Shown here: one piece after another, positions 1 through 9,310 of the stretch | How positions within the stretch are numbered: position 1 is the first letter of the stretch | Layout: each line of letters starts with the position of its first letter | From: Alphaproteobacteria bacterium | GTDB taxonomy: Bacteria > Pseudomonadota > Alphaproteobacteria > MPNO01 | Assembly (NCBI GenBank): GCA_965248835.1 | Contig: CBDFLJ010000001.1 | Coordinates: 1,472,001 to 1,536,000, forward strand | Reading direction: 5' to 3' | DNA: 64,000 nucleotides | Notes under the pieces: generated by a model | Told to the model about the DNA's origin: nothing | The model's database searches: none | The model's input: the letters and a program-made list of their open reading frames with translations, nothing else | Made by a program: the position numbers and the translations under genes

Positions 1-100
1 CGACAGCCAGTGCCGCCCACCACACCGTACCAGCCAACAGCCCGGCAGTTGCGGCCGACCGCATACCCAGGCTCCTACCCAGGCTCAAACGCAATGCCAT
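1..100 (-). CDS. 5' end of an exported/membrane protein running off the left edge (partial)
   Basis: ATG at 100 preceded by GAGGGA RBS; reads MALRLSLGRSLGMRSAATAGLLAGTVWWAALAV, a basic N-region plus hydrophobic stretch (signal-peptide-like); open to window edge; same strand as suhB. Confidence 0.55.
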   Translation of the reverse strand, partial: MALRLSLGRSLGMRSAATAGLLAGTVWWAALAV

Positions 101-235
101 GGCGTTCCCTCTGGTCCCGCCGGGCAAGGCTCTGGCGGGCGATCGGCAGAAATCGGACAATACCGCAGGCCGTATCCCGTCACAATAATTTAGGACGCTG
201 CGGGGCCTGCTTCCAGTCCTTGAAGCTCAAGACTT

Positions 236-1051
236 TCAGGCGGTTGGCGCGACTTCCGCGGACGCCAGCCCGGCGCGCAGCATCCGCAGGACCGGGGCGT
301 GCAAGGGCTCGTTCGCGGCGACGATAGAGCCGCCATAGACCATTTTGTCCGCGCCGTCGATGTCGGTCGCAAACCCGCCCGCCTCGCGCACCAGGACGAT
401 TCCGGCGGCGACGTCCCACGGCGACAGCCCGAACTCCCAGAACCCGTCATACCGGCCGGCGGCGACATAGGCGAGGTCGAGCGCCGCCGCGCCGAAGCGG
501 CGGACCCCGGCAGTGCGCCCGAGCGTGATGTCGACGGTCGCAAGGAACGCATCCTTGCCCGGGGGGGCGCGGGAGGAAATGCCGGTGGCCAGCACCGCGT
601 CCGCCAGATCGCGCCGGGAGGAGACGCGCAGACGGCGGCGGTTGAGATAGCAGCCCACCCCCTTTTCCGCCCAGAACATCTCGTCGCGCAACGGCTCGTA
701 GACCACCCCGGCGGTCATTTCGCCGGCCTCCTCCAAAGCGATCGAGATCGCGAAGTGGGGGATCCCGTGCAGGAAGTTGGTCGTCCCGTCCAGCGGGTCG
801 ACGATCCAGCGCCGGTCCGGATCCTCACCCACGCGCGCGCCGGTCTCTTCCATCAGAAAGCCGAAGCCTGGCCGCGCCTTGTGCAGCTCGGCGTGCAGCA
901 TGCGCTCGGCCCGCCGGTCGGCTTCGGAGACGTAATCGGCCGGGCCCTTGCGCGAGACCTGCAGGTTCTCGACCTCACCGAAGTCGCGGATCAAACCCCG
1001 CGCGGCCTTGCGCGCGGCGGCCTCCATGACGTTGATTGTCGCAGACGGCAT
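236..1051 (-). CDS. suhB: Inositol monophosphatase family protein
   Basis: WIVDPLDGTTNF and WDVAAG motifs; 271 aa; directly downstream of efp as is common in alphaproteobacteria. Confidence 0.93.
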   Translation of the reverse strand: MPSATINVMEAAARKAARGLIRDFGEVENLQVSRKGPADYVSEADRRAERMLHAELHKARPGFGFLMEETGARVGEDPDRRWIVDPLDGTTNFLHGIPHFAISIALEEAGEMTAGVVYEPLRDEMFWAEKGVGCYLNRRRLRVSSRRDLADAVLATGISSRAPPGKDAFLATVDITLGRTAGVRRFGAAALDLAYVAAGRYDGFWEFGLSPWDVAAGIVLVREAGGFATDIDGADKMVYGGSIVAANEPLHAPVLRMLRAGLASAEVAPTA

Positions 1052-1092
1052 TCAGAGAAGTCCGAAACGCCGGGCGCGCACCGCCCGGCGGC

Positions 1093-1659
1093 TCAATCCT
1101 TGGCGCGCTCGACGTAGGTGCCTTCGCCGGTATTGACCACAATCCGCGTGCCGGTCTCGATATGGGGCGGCACCATCACCCGCTCGCCGTTCTCCAGGAT
1201 CGCGGGCTTGTAGGACGAGGACGCGGTCTGACCCTTGACCACGGGCTCGGCCTCGACAACCTCCATCACCACTTGGGCCGGAAGCCGGACGCTCACCGGG
1301 CTGCCCTCGATCAGATCGATGGTCAGCGCCATACCGTCCTGAAGATAGGGTGCCGCGCTGCCCAGCATGTCGGCCGCGACGTCGAGCTGGTCATAGGTGT
1401 CAGCGTCCATCAAGGTCACGGTATCCCCGTCGCGGTAGAGATAGGTGCAGGTCTTCTCGTCGACCATCAGCTTCTCGACCGATTCCTGGGTCCGGAACCG
1501 CTCGTTCGACTTGATGCCGGTCTTGACGTCGCGCATCTCGACCTGGACGAAGGCGCTGCCCTTGCCCGGCTGCAGGATCTGGATCTTGAGCACGCTCCAC
1601 TGCTTACCGTCATGTTCGATCACATGACCCGGACGGATCGTGTTCGCGTTTACCTTCAT
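1093..1659 (-). CDS. efp: Elongation factor P
   Basis: C-terminal 188 aa of the 1093..3555 ORF; MKVNANTIRPG start, PGKG loop with the modifiable Lys, KPAILENG and YVER motifs. Confidence 0.96.
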   Translation of the reverse strand: MKVNANTIRPGHVIEHDGKQWSVLKIQILQPGKGSAFVQVEMRDVKTGIKSNERFRTQESVEKLMVDEKTCTYLYRDGDTVTLMDADTYDQLDVAADMLGSAAPYLQDGMALTIDLIEGSPVSVRLPAQVVMEVVEAEPVVKGQTASSSYKPAILENGERVMVPPHIETGTRIVVNTGEGTYVERAKD

Positions 1660-1788
1660 TGCTGGTGCCGTGGTGCTCAGGATGGGCGGTCTCGCGGAAC
1701 CTAGCGATTTTGCGACCGCTGCGCAACGCGACGAGCCGGCCCCGGATCCGTTAAGATGACCGCCTGTTCCTCGTCGGGATGGAGACCG

Positions 1789-2838
1789 GTGCCGGGCAAT
1801 TTCATCAGGAACGACTGGTACGTCGCGGCCTTGTCCGCGGAGGTCGGCGACCGGCCGATCGGGTTCACCGTGCTGGGCGAGCCGATCGTGCTGTTTCGCG
1901 ACAGCGCCGGTGCCGTCGTCGCGCTCGAGGACCGCTGCGTGCACCGCCAGGCGCCCCTGTCGCTGGGCAGCGTGGTCGGCGACCGGCTGCAATGCGGCTA
2001 TCACGGCTTCACCTACGACCGCACCGGATCGTGCGTGCTGGTCCCGAGCCAGGACCGCGTCCCGCCGGGTGCGGCGGTGCGCGCCTATCCGGTCCGCGAG
2101 CGTCAGGGCATGATCTTCGTGTGGACCGGCGACCCGGCGTTGAGCGCGCAGCGTGCGCCCTATGACTTCCCCTATGCCGAGGGCGCGGGCTGGTCGCTCC
2201 ATTTCGAACGGCTCTACGGCCGGTTCGACTACCGGCTGCTGATCGACAACCTCCTGGACCTGACCCATCTCAGCTTCGCGCACAAGACCACCATCGGCTC
2301 GGCGGGGCTTGCCCGAGACGACGACACCAGGACCGAGCGGGACGGCGACAAGGTCCGCGTGAGCCGATGGATGCCCGATATCGAGCAGGCGCCGGCGCAT
2401 GTCGAGATCACCGGCCATCCCGGCCGGATCGACCGCTGGCAGGTCATCGAGTTCACGCCGCCCTGCTATATCTGGCTGCAGGTCGGCACCGCCAAGGCCG
2501 GGCGCGGCGGGCGCGGGGCGGCGCCCGAGGATACGCTGCTCGACCGCCATGCGCTGCACGTCATGACCCCGGAGACCGAGGCCAGCACCCACTACCTCTG
2601 GGTGATGGCCAACAAGGCTGGAACATTGTCGGCCGATCAGGAGCGCATTCTGCACGACCGCTCGATCCAGGCCTTCAACGAGGACATTGCGATCCTCGAG
2701 GGCCAGCAGAGCCGGCTCGACCCTGAGCGGGTCACCGTCGATGTCGGCGCCGATGCCGGCCAGATCGCCGGCCGCCGGCTGCTCGAAAAGCTGATCGCCG
2801 AGGACGCCGGCCGATCCGGCCTGGCTGGAACAGGCTAG
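1789..2838 (+). CDS. Rieske non-heme iron oxygenase alpha subunit, VanA-like
   Basis: CVH...CGYH Rieske motif, DNLLDLTHLSFAH and ED mononuclear Fe ligands, N-terminal NDWYVAA; GTG start at 1789 after GGAGA (in-frame ATG also at 1756). Confidence 0.9.
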   Translation: MPGNFIRNDWYVAALSAEVGDRPIGFTVLGEPIVLFRDSAGAVVALEDRCVHRQAPLSLGSVVGDRLQCGYHGFTYDRTGSCVLVPSQDRVPPGAAVRAYPVRERQGMIFVWTGDPALSAQRAPYDFPYAEGAGWSLHFERLYGRFDYRLLIDNLLDLTHLSFAHKTTIGSAGLARDDDTRTERDGDKVRVSRWMPDIEQAPAHVEITGHPGRIDRWQVIEFTPPCYIWLQVGTAKAGRGGRGAAPEDTLLDRHALHVMTPETEASTHYLWVMANKAGTLSADQERILHDRSIQAFNEDIAILEGQQSRLDPERVTVDVGADAGQIAGRRLLEKLIAEDAGRSGLAGTG

Positions 2839-3851
2839 GCGTGCGGATCGGGGTGGCGGGCGCCGCGCCAATCGGTGATCTCGCTTCCTTGGCGGTAGAC
2901 CGGGCCGACCGGGACCTTGCCGTGACCGCCGGGGATGTCGAGCACGTAGGTCGGCATGCACAGCCCGGACAGCCTGCCCCGCAGCGCCCGCATGATCGCC
3001 TGGCCTGTCTCGACCGGGACCCTGAAGCGGGCGGTCCCGGGCGCAAGATCGGGATGGTGCAGGTAATAGGGCCTCACCCTGTGGCGCACCAGCTTGCGGA
3101 ACAGCGCCTCCAGGACCGCCGCGTCGTCGTTGACGCCACGCAGCAGGACGGTCTGGGACAGGAGCGGTAACCCGGCGTCGTGCAGCCGGGCGATCGCCGC
3201 GCAGGCCGTCGGATCGAGCTCCTCGGCGTGGTTGCAGTGAATCGCCATATAGACCGGCTTGCCGCACGCCAACGCCGCGATGCGCGCCGTCGAGATCAGC
3301 CGCGGCTCGGCCACCGGCACCCGGGTGTGGATGCGCACCACCTCGACATGGCCGATCGCATCGATCCGGTCGAGGACGGCGCGCAGCCGCCGCGGCGCGA
3401 GCGCCAGGGGATCGCCGCCGCTCAGGATCACCTCGCGGATCGTCGGGTGTGCGGCGATGTAACCGACCGCCGCATCGAGCGCCGCCGGACCCAGCACGCC
3501 GCCGCCTGGTCCGACCACCTCGCGCCGGAAGCAGAACCGGCAATAGACCGGACACACGGTGGAGGGCATCAGCAGCACCCGGTCGGGATAGCGGTGGACG
3601 ATGCCCGGCAGCGGGGAATGGGCCGAATCGCCGATGGGGTCTTCGCGCTCCGCCGGATCGCGCACCAGCTCGGCCGGGTCGGGCAGATATTGCAGCGCGA
3701 TCGGGTCGTCCTTGCGCCCGGGCGCGATCAGCCCCGCCACATGGGGTGTGACCGCCAGCGCGTACCGGGCCGCGACCGCCTCGGCATCGGCGACTGCTTC
3801 GGCCGGGATCAGCCCCGCCTCGTGCAGCGCGCGGCCGGTCGTCAGTGCCAT
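2835..3851 (-). CDS. epmB: EF-P beta-lysylation lysine 2,3-aminomutase (KamA family radical SAM)
   Basis: HRYPDR, CPVYCRFC (CxxxCxxC), SGGDPL, QTVLLRGVND, GHGKVP; adjacent to epmA and near efp. Confidence 0.9.
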   Translation of the reverse strand: MALTTGRALHEAGLIPAEAVADAEAVAARYALAVTPHVAGLIAPGRKDDPIALQYLPDPAELVRDPAEREDPIGDSAHSPLPGIVHRYPDRVLLMPSTVCPVYCRFCFRREVVGPGGGVLGPAALDAAVGYIAAHPTIREVILSGGDPLALAPRRLRAVLDRIDAIGHVEVVRIHTRVPVAEPRLISTARIAALACGKPVYMAIHCNHAEELDPTACAAIARLHDAGLPLLSQTVLLRGVNDDAAVLEALFRKLVRHRVRPYYLHHPDLAPGTARFRVPVETGQAIMRALRGRLSGLCMPTYVLDIPGGHGKVPVGPVYRQGSEITDWRGARHPDPHA

Positions 3852-3910
3852 CCTACCCCTCCGTGTGCGGATCGGGCATTATCGCGCCATGCTCGGCCGG
3901 GGGAAGAGTC

Positions 3911-4945
3911 ATGGTTGAGCCGCGCTGGTGGGACAAGGCCCGATACGCCGCCAGGCGGCCCAACCTGATCGTGCGCGCCCGCGTGATCGCCGCGGTCCGC
4001 CGCTTCTTCGCAGAGGCCGGGTTCGTCGAGGTCGAGACCCCGGCGCTCCAGGTCTCGCCGGGGCTGGAACCGCATCTGGACGCTTTCGAAACCGTGCTGC
4101 GCGAGCCGTTCCACGACGGCAGGGAGCGGCTGCTCCATCTGCACACCTCGCCCGAGTTCGCGATGAAGAAGCTGTTGGCCGCGGGCGAGCAGCGCCTGTT
4201 CCAGATCGCGCGGTGCTACCGCAACCAGGAGCGCTCGGCGACGCACCACCCCGAATTCACCATGCTGGAATGGTACCGCGCCGGTGCCAGCTACCGCCAC
4301 CTGATGACCGACTGCGAACGGCTGCTGGCGGCCTGCACCACCGGACTGCGAAGCGGCGACCGGACGGCGAACCCGGCCGCCCCGTGGACCCGTATCACCG
4401 TCACCGAGGCGTTCGAACGCCATGCCGGGATCGACCCGATGGCGCTGATGGACGACGATGTCGAGCCCACCCCCGGTCCGCTGATCGAGGCGGCGCGGGC
4501 CATCGGGGTCTGGGCCAACGACCGCGACCGCTGGGAGGATGCGTTCTTCCGCATCTTCCTCGCCGTCGTCGAGCCCGCGCTCGGCATCGGCGCACCGGCA
4601 ATCCTCTATGACTGGCCGGCGCCGATGGCCGCGTTGTCACGGCTCCATGCGGGCGGCAGGCTGGCCGAGCGGTTCGAGGTCTTCGCCTGCGGTCTGGAGC
4701 TCGCCAACGGATACACCGAGCTGACCGATCCGGTCGAGCAGCGCGCCCGGTTCGAGCGTGACCGAGTCAAGCGCGCGGCGCATTTCGGCGCTGCCTACCC
4801 GATCGACGAGGACTTCATGGCAGCGCTCGAATCGGGTCTTCCCGATTGCGCCGGCATTGCGCTGGGCATCGACCGCCTGGTGATGCTGGCGACCGGAGCG
4901 GGCCACATCGAGGATGTGCTCTGGGCGCCGGTCACGCCGGGCTAA
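3911..4945 (+). CDS. epmA: EF-P lysine aminoacylase (GenX/PoxA, class II LysRS paralogue)
   Basis: EVETP, LHTSPEFAMKKLL, HHPEFTMLEWYR, ELANGY, GIALGIDRL; no anticodon-binding domain. Confidence 0.95.
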   Translation: MVEPRWWDKARYAARRPNLIVRARVIAAVRRFFAEAGFVEVETPALQVSPGLEPHLDAFETVLREPFHDGRERLLHLHTSPEFAMKKLLAAGEQRLFQIARCYRNQERSATHHPEFTMLEWYRAGASYRHLMTDCERLLAACTTGLRSGDRTANPAAPWTRITVTEAFERHAGIDPMALMDDDVEPTPGPLIEAARAIGVWANDRDRWEDAFFRIFLAVVEPALGIGAPAILYDWPAPMAALSRLHAGGRLAERFEVFACGLELANGYTELTDPVEQRARFERDRVKRAAHFGAAYPIDEDFMAALESGLPDCAGIALGIDRLVMLATGAGHIEDVLWAPVTPG

Positions 4946-4991
4946 CGCCCGGATCCCGCCCCCAAACAACCCGGCCCCCGGCGAATCGTGA

Positions 4992-5342
4992 TTACGACGC
5001 GGGAGACAGCGGATCGGCGAGCCAATCGCCGAGCCCGGTGTCGTAGGCGATGCCCTGGGCGGTGATGGTCGGCCCGCCGGGCCGGTCGATGCGCGCCAGT
5101 CCCTTGCGCAGCAGAACACGCCACACGGCCGGGTTGGAAAGCCCGCTCGCATCCCTGGCCGAAACCAGGAAACGGCCGATATGGACGTGGTCGCCATGGG
5201 GGCGCGGGATTTCCAGCAGGTGGACATCGCCGCTCGCCTCGTCCTTGCGGGCGATGTCGTCCTCGCGCGCCAGCGCCTGGGCCAGGGCCAGGGTTCGGAG
5301 CTGCAGCTTGTTCAGCTTGAGCGGATTCTTCTTCGGCGGCAT
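4992..5342 (-). CDS. Small hypothetical protein (116 aa), possibly winged-helix-like
   Basis: C-terminal part of ORF 4992..5714; MPPKKNPLKLNKLQLRTL start with GAGAGG RBS; protein-like composition, HGDHVH motif; begins 13 nt after the Mo-hydroxylase stop. Confidence 0.7.
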   Translation of the reverse strand: MPPKKNPLKLNKLQLRTLALAQALAREDDIARKDEASGDVHLLEIPRPHGDHVHIGRFLVSARDASGLSNPAVWRVLLRKGLARIDRPGGPTITAQGIAYDTGLGDWLADPLSPAS

Positions 5343-5355
5343 GCAGGCCATCCTC

Positions 5356-7707
5356 TCAGGGGGATCGCATCGGGATTCGCTTCGCGTCGGGGCCGGGCGC
5401 TGCGGCGATCGCCCGCAGCACGCGAGCAGGCGTGATCGGGAGCTCGGTGATCTCAACGCCCAAAGGCCGCAGCGCATCGTTGACCGCATTGCCGATCGCG
5501 GCCAGCGGGCCGATCGCGCCGCCCTCGCCGACTCCCTTGATGCCGAAAACCGTATAGGGCGAGGGGGTCTCCATGTGGTGGACGCGGATGTCGGGCACCT
5601 CGGTCGGGCCGGGCAGCACGTAGTCGGCGAATGTCGGCGCAAGCGGGATCCCGGTCGCGCTGAACGGCATCTCCTCATAGAGCGCGGTGCCGATGCCCTG
5701 GGCGGTGCCGCCATGGACCTGACCCTCGACGATCATCGGGTTGACCATAACGCCCGGATCCTCGACGACCACGTAGTCGAGGATCTCCACCGCGCCGGTC
5801 TGCCGATCGAGCGCGACCACCGCGGCGTGGGTCGCAGCGGTATAGGCGCCGGTGCGGCGGCTCGGCGAATAGCCCTCGGTCGCCTCCAGCCCGCCGGGGT
5901 CGAGGTCGTCGGGCAGGTCCTGCGGGCGCAGGTACCAGGCGCGCGCGATCTCGCGCAGCGTCACACTGCCCGAGGGGCCGAACACCGCGCCGTCTCTGAC
6001 CTCGACGCTGGCCGCGTCGGCCTGCAGCAAGGCGCCGCCGATCGCCGCCGCCCGGCCGGCAATGCGCCGGCAGGACTCGGTCACCGCGCCGCCGGCCCAG
6101 ACGATGCAGCGCGATCCCCAGGTGCCCGACGAATAGGGGCTGAGCTCGGTGTCGCCGTGTACCACCCGGACATCGGCCGGATCGATGCCGAGGACCTCGT
6201 TGGCGAGCTGGGCGAGGGTGGTCTCCAGCCCCTGGCCATGGCTGTGCACGCCGACCCGAAGGTCGAGCCGGCCGTCGGGCGTCAGCCGCGCCGTGGCCTG
6301 CTCGAAGAGCTGCATCTTCTTGCCGTCGGAGGTGACCCCGGTGGCCGACTGCTCGCCGAAGATGCCGAACCCGACGCCGAGCAGGCGCCCATCCGGCATG
6401 CCCTCTGCCTGGCGGCGGCGCACGCCGGCAAGGTCGATCGCAGCGACCGCGTCCTCCAGGCATTTCGGGTAGTCGCCGCTGTCGAAATGCTTGCCGGTGA
6501 CGTTGTCGTAGGGCATCGCCGCCGGCGGGATCAGGTTGAGCAGGCGGACCTCGGTGGGGTCCTTGCCGACCGCGCGGGCCAGCGCATCGATCATCATCTC
6601 CATGACGTAGCAGACGCCGGGCCGCGCGACCCCGCGATAGGGCAGAATCGGTGTCTTGTTGGTCGCAACCGCGGCGGCGGTGCAGCGATAGGAAGGGATG
6701 ACGTAGGGGCCGGGCAGCACGCCGACGACCTGCGAGACCTCGACCGCGGCGGTGAACGGCGTTGCCGAATAGGCCCCGGCATCGACGACGGCCTCGGCAT
6801 CGACCGCCAACAGCCGGCCGTCGCGATCGGCATGAACGGTGATGCGGTAGTGATGCTCACGGCAATTGGCCGAGGCGCTGAGATGCTCATGGCGGTCCTC
6901 GAGCCAGCGCACGGCCCGTCCGGTCTTGAGCGCGAGCCAGCAGACCGCGACCTCTTCGGGCGCCAGGACCGCCTTGTAGCCGAAGCCGCCGCCGATATCG
7001 GGCGAGATCACCCGGATGCGCTGGTCGGCAATCTGCAAGCATTCGGCGAGCCCGGTGCGCAAGACATGCGGGAACTGCGAGGTGGCGTGGACGATGAGTT
7101 GATCGGTCCGGCTGTCGAATTCGGCGACCAGGCCGCGGCCTTCGAGCGGCGCCATGCATTGCCGCGCGGTGCGGAATTCGCGGGCGAGCGTGATCGGAGC
7201 GCCGGCGGCCGCCGCGGCGATGTTGCCGTCGTGGCCGACCTGAAGAAAGACATTCTCCGTCCAGCCGTCGTGGAGCAGCGGGGCGTCCGGGCTGCGCGCC
7301 GCGAGCATGTCGGAGACGGCGGCGATCGCCTCTGTCTGGAGTGCGATGCGCTGGGCGATGTCCTCGGCCTCCGCCCTGGTGTCGGCGAGGCACATCGCGA
7401 CCGGCTCGCCGGCATAGCGCAGCCTGTGGCCGGCCAGCACCGGCTGATCGGACGGCCTGAACCCGGCAATGCCGACCACCGCGCGGAGCGGCCGGACACC
7501 GGCGAGATCGGAAGCGGTGAAAACCGCATCGCGCACGTCGTCGGGGATCGTGATGCCGTGGAGATGGGCGTGTGCCAGGGGGCTCCTGACGAAGGCAACG
7601 TCCTGCATGCGCTCGGGCTTGAGGTCGCCGACGAACCGGCCGCGCCCGCGCAGAAACCGCGCATCCTCCTTGCGGGCCAGTCTTGCGCGCAATCCCTTGG
7701 AAGCCAC
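5356..7707 (-). CDS. Xanthine dehydrogenase/CoxL-family molybdopterin-binding large subunit
   Basis: RKEDARFLRG start, GGGFGYK, PYRGVAR, HGQG, GTWGSR, GIKGVGE; GTG start with GGAGG RBS. Confidence 0.92.
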   Translation of the reverse strand: MASKGLRARLARKEDARFLRGRGRFVGDLKPERMQDVAFVRSPLAHAHLHGITIPDDVRDAVFTASDLAGVRPLRAVVGIAGFRPSDQPVLAGHRLRYAGEPVAMCLADTRAEAEDIAQRIALQTEAIAAVSDMLAARSPDAPLLHDGWTENVFLQVGHDGNIAAAAAGAPITLAREFRTARQCMAPLEGRGLVAEFDSRTDQLIVHATSQFPHVLRTGLAECLQIADQRIRVISPDIGGGFGYKAVLAPEEVAVCWLALKTGRAVRWLEDRHEHLSASANCREHHYRITVHADRDGRLLAVDAEAVVDAGAYSATPFTAAVEVSQVVGVLPGPYVIPSYRCTAAAVATNKTPILPYRGVARPGVCYVMEMMIDALARAVGKDPTEVRLLNLIPPAAMPYDNVTGKHFDSGDYPKCLEDAVAAIDLAGVRRRQAEGMPDGRLLGVGFGIFGEQSATGVTSDGKKMQLFEQATARLTPDGRLDLRVGVHSHGQGLETTLAQLANEVLGIDPADVRVVHGDTELSPYSSGTWGSRCIVWAGGAVTESCRRIAGRAAAIGGALLQADAASVEVRDGAVFGPSGSVTLREIARAWYLRPQDLPDDLDPGGLEATEGYSPSRRTGAYTAATHAAVVALDRQTGAVEILDYVVVEDPGVMVNPMIVEGQVHGGTAQGIGTALYEEMPFSATGIPLAPTFADYVLPGPTEVPDIRVHHMETPSPYTVFGIKGVGEGGAIGPLAAIGNAVNDALRPLGVEITELPITPARVLRAIAAAPGPDAKRIPMRSP

Positions 7708-7816
7708 TGTCGCCCCTCCATCCCGATGGCCCGAACATGGGCCGGGTCTATTTTGCCCTCGCCGGCCAATCGATGCATCCTGGATGGCCGCAGATCGAGG
7801 GAGGCTTAGAAAGACG

Positions 7817-9202
7817 ATGCCGGACGACGCCCCGGCGCGCGGTCGCTACGACCCGCGCGCGCAAACGATGATGACCTTCCACGACCTTGTTCCCGCTTTC
7901 CGCGAGGGCACCGCCAGCCCGCGTGCGCTGCTGGAGCGCTGCCTGGAGGCGATCGCCGCGCGCGAGGACGAGATCATGGCCTGGGCGGTGATCGATGAGG
8001 CTGCCGCACGGTCCGCCGCCGATGAGTCCGCCGCGCGCTATGCGGCCGGCCGGCCGCTCTCGCCGGTCGACGGGCTGCCGATCGGGATCAAGGACCTGAT
8101 CGAGACCGCGGACATGCCGACGGAATTCGGCAGCGTGCTCTATGGCGGTCATCGGCCGCTCCAGGACGCGGCCTGCGTGCATGCCCTGCGCGCCGGCGGG
8201 GCGGTGGTCATCGGCAAGACGGTGACGGTGACCTTCGGCGGCGGCGATCCGGCGCGCACACGCAACCCGCACGATCCGCGCCGGACGCCGGGCGGCTCGT
8301 CCAGCGGCTCGGCCGCAGCGGTGGGCGCGGCCACGGTGCCGGCGGCGGTCGGCACCCACGCGCGCGGCTCGACCATTCGCCCGGCGAGCTTCTGCGGCAC
8401 CTACGCCCTCAAGCCGACTTTCGGGGCGATCAACCGTCAGGGCGTGTTCTCCGCCGCCCACAGCATGGACCATCTCGGCACCTTCGCCGGGTCGTTGTCC
8501 GATGTCTGGATCATCGCCCGGCACATGGCGCGGCTGGGCGGTGGGGATCCCGGCTATCCCGGGCTCTATGGCGGTGCCGCGCCGCCCGCGCCGCGCAAGC
8601 CGTTGCGGCTCGTGCGGCTCGAAACCGCCGGATGGCCGCAGACCGACGACGCTACCAAGGCGGCGTTCGAGGCCGTGGCCGCGGGCTTGGCCGCTTCCGG
8701 CATCGCGGTCTTCAGCCGCGCCGACGACCCCGCCATCGAGTCCTACGAGCGCGCGCTCGCCGAGGTCCCCGACCTGTGGCGCAACCTCTACCGGTTCGAG
8801 ATGCGCTGGCCGATGCTGCAGCTCCTGGCCCGTTATCCGGACAAGATCCCGCCGCGGCTCAAGGCCGGGTTGGAAGAGGGCGCCGGCATGACCCAGGAGA
8901 CCTATCGCGAGGCCCTGGTCCGGCGTTCCTATCTGCGCGCCCTGCACCGCGAACTGGCCGGCCGGGTGGACGGCTTTATCACCCTGTCCTCGCCCGGCCC
9001 CGGCCCGGTCGGCATGGATCAGGGCAGCGCGATCTATAACGAGGCGTCCTCGGTCCTCGGCGCGCCGGCGCTCTCGCTGCCTCTGCTTGCCGTCGACGGC
9101 GCCCCTGCCGGAGTCCAACTCCAAGGCCAATTCGACGCCGACGAGGCGCTGACCGCCTGCGGCCTATGGATCGCCCGGCACCGGCTGGGGCGGGCGGTCT
9201 AA
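7817..9202 (+). CDS. Amidase-signature family enzyme
   Basis: GLPIGIKD (Lys), TPGGSSSGS (cis-Ser), GTHARGSTIRPA (nucleophile Ser region); ATG 7817 inside ORF 7469..9202. Confidence 0.88.
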   Translation: MPDDAPARGRYDPRAQTMMTFHDLVPAFREGTASPRALLERCLEAIAAREDEIMAWAVIDEAAARSAADESAARYAAGRPLSPVDGLPIGIKDLIETADMPTEFGSVLYGGHRPLQDAACVHALRAGGAVVIGKTVTVTFGGGDPARTRNPHDPRRTPGGSSSGSAAAVGAATVPAAVGTHARGSTIRPASFCGTYALKPTFGAINRQGVFSAAHSMDHLGTFAGSLSDVWIIARHMARLGGGDPGYPGLYGGAAPPAPRKPLRLVRLETAGWPQTDDATKAAFEAVAAGLAASGIAVFSRADDPAIESYERALAEVPDLWRNLYRFEMRWPMLQLLARYPDKIPPRLKAGLEEGAGMTQETYREALVRRSYLRALHRELAGRVDGFITLSSPGPGPVGMDQGSAIYNEASSVLGAPALSLPLLAVDGAPAGVQLQGQFDADEALTACGLWIARHRLGRAV

Positions 9203-9310
9203 GGCAGGTTCTCCGCGCTCCGCTCGGATGCGTTCTTCCAGCGCGCGCCGGGCACGCGATCCGGTTGGAACATGCTCTAAACTTGGCGCGTTGCGACCAC
9301 GGAGGTTCCC

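Noticed and set aside
64-87. Tandem repeat TACCCAGGCTC x2
   Set aside because: Only two copies, encoding SLGR/SLGM in a signal-peptide-like region; not a CRISPR array or iteron.
1093-3555. 820-aa ORF appearing to be a giant EF-P fusion
   Set aside because: Only the last 188 codons are EF-P; the upstream part is antisense to the Rieske gene and out of frame with epmB, and is Arg/Pro/Gly-rich shadow sequence.
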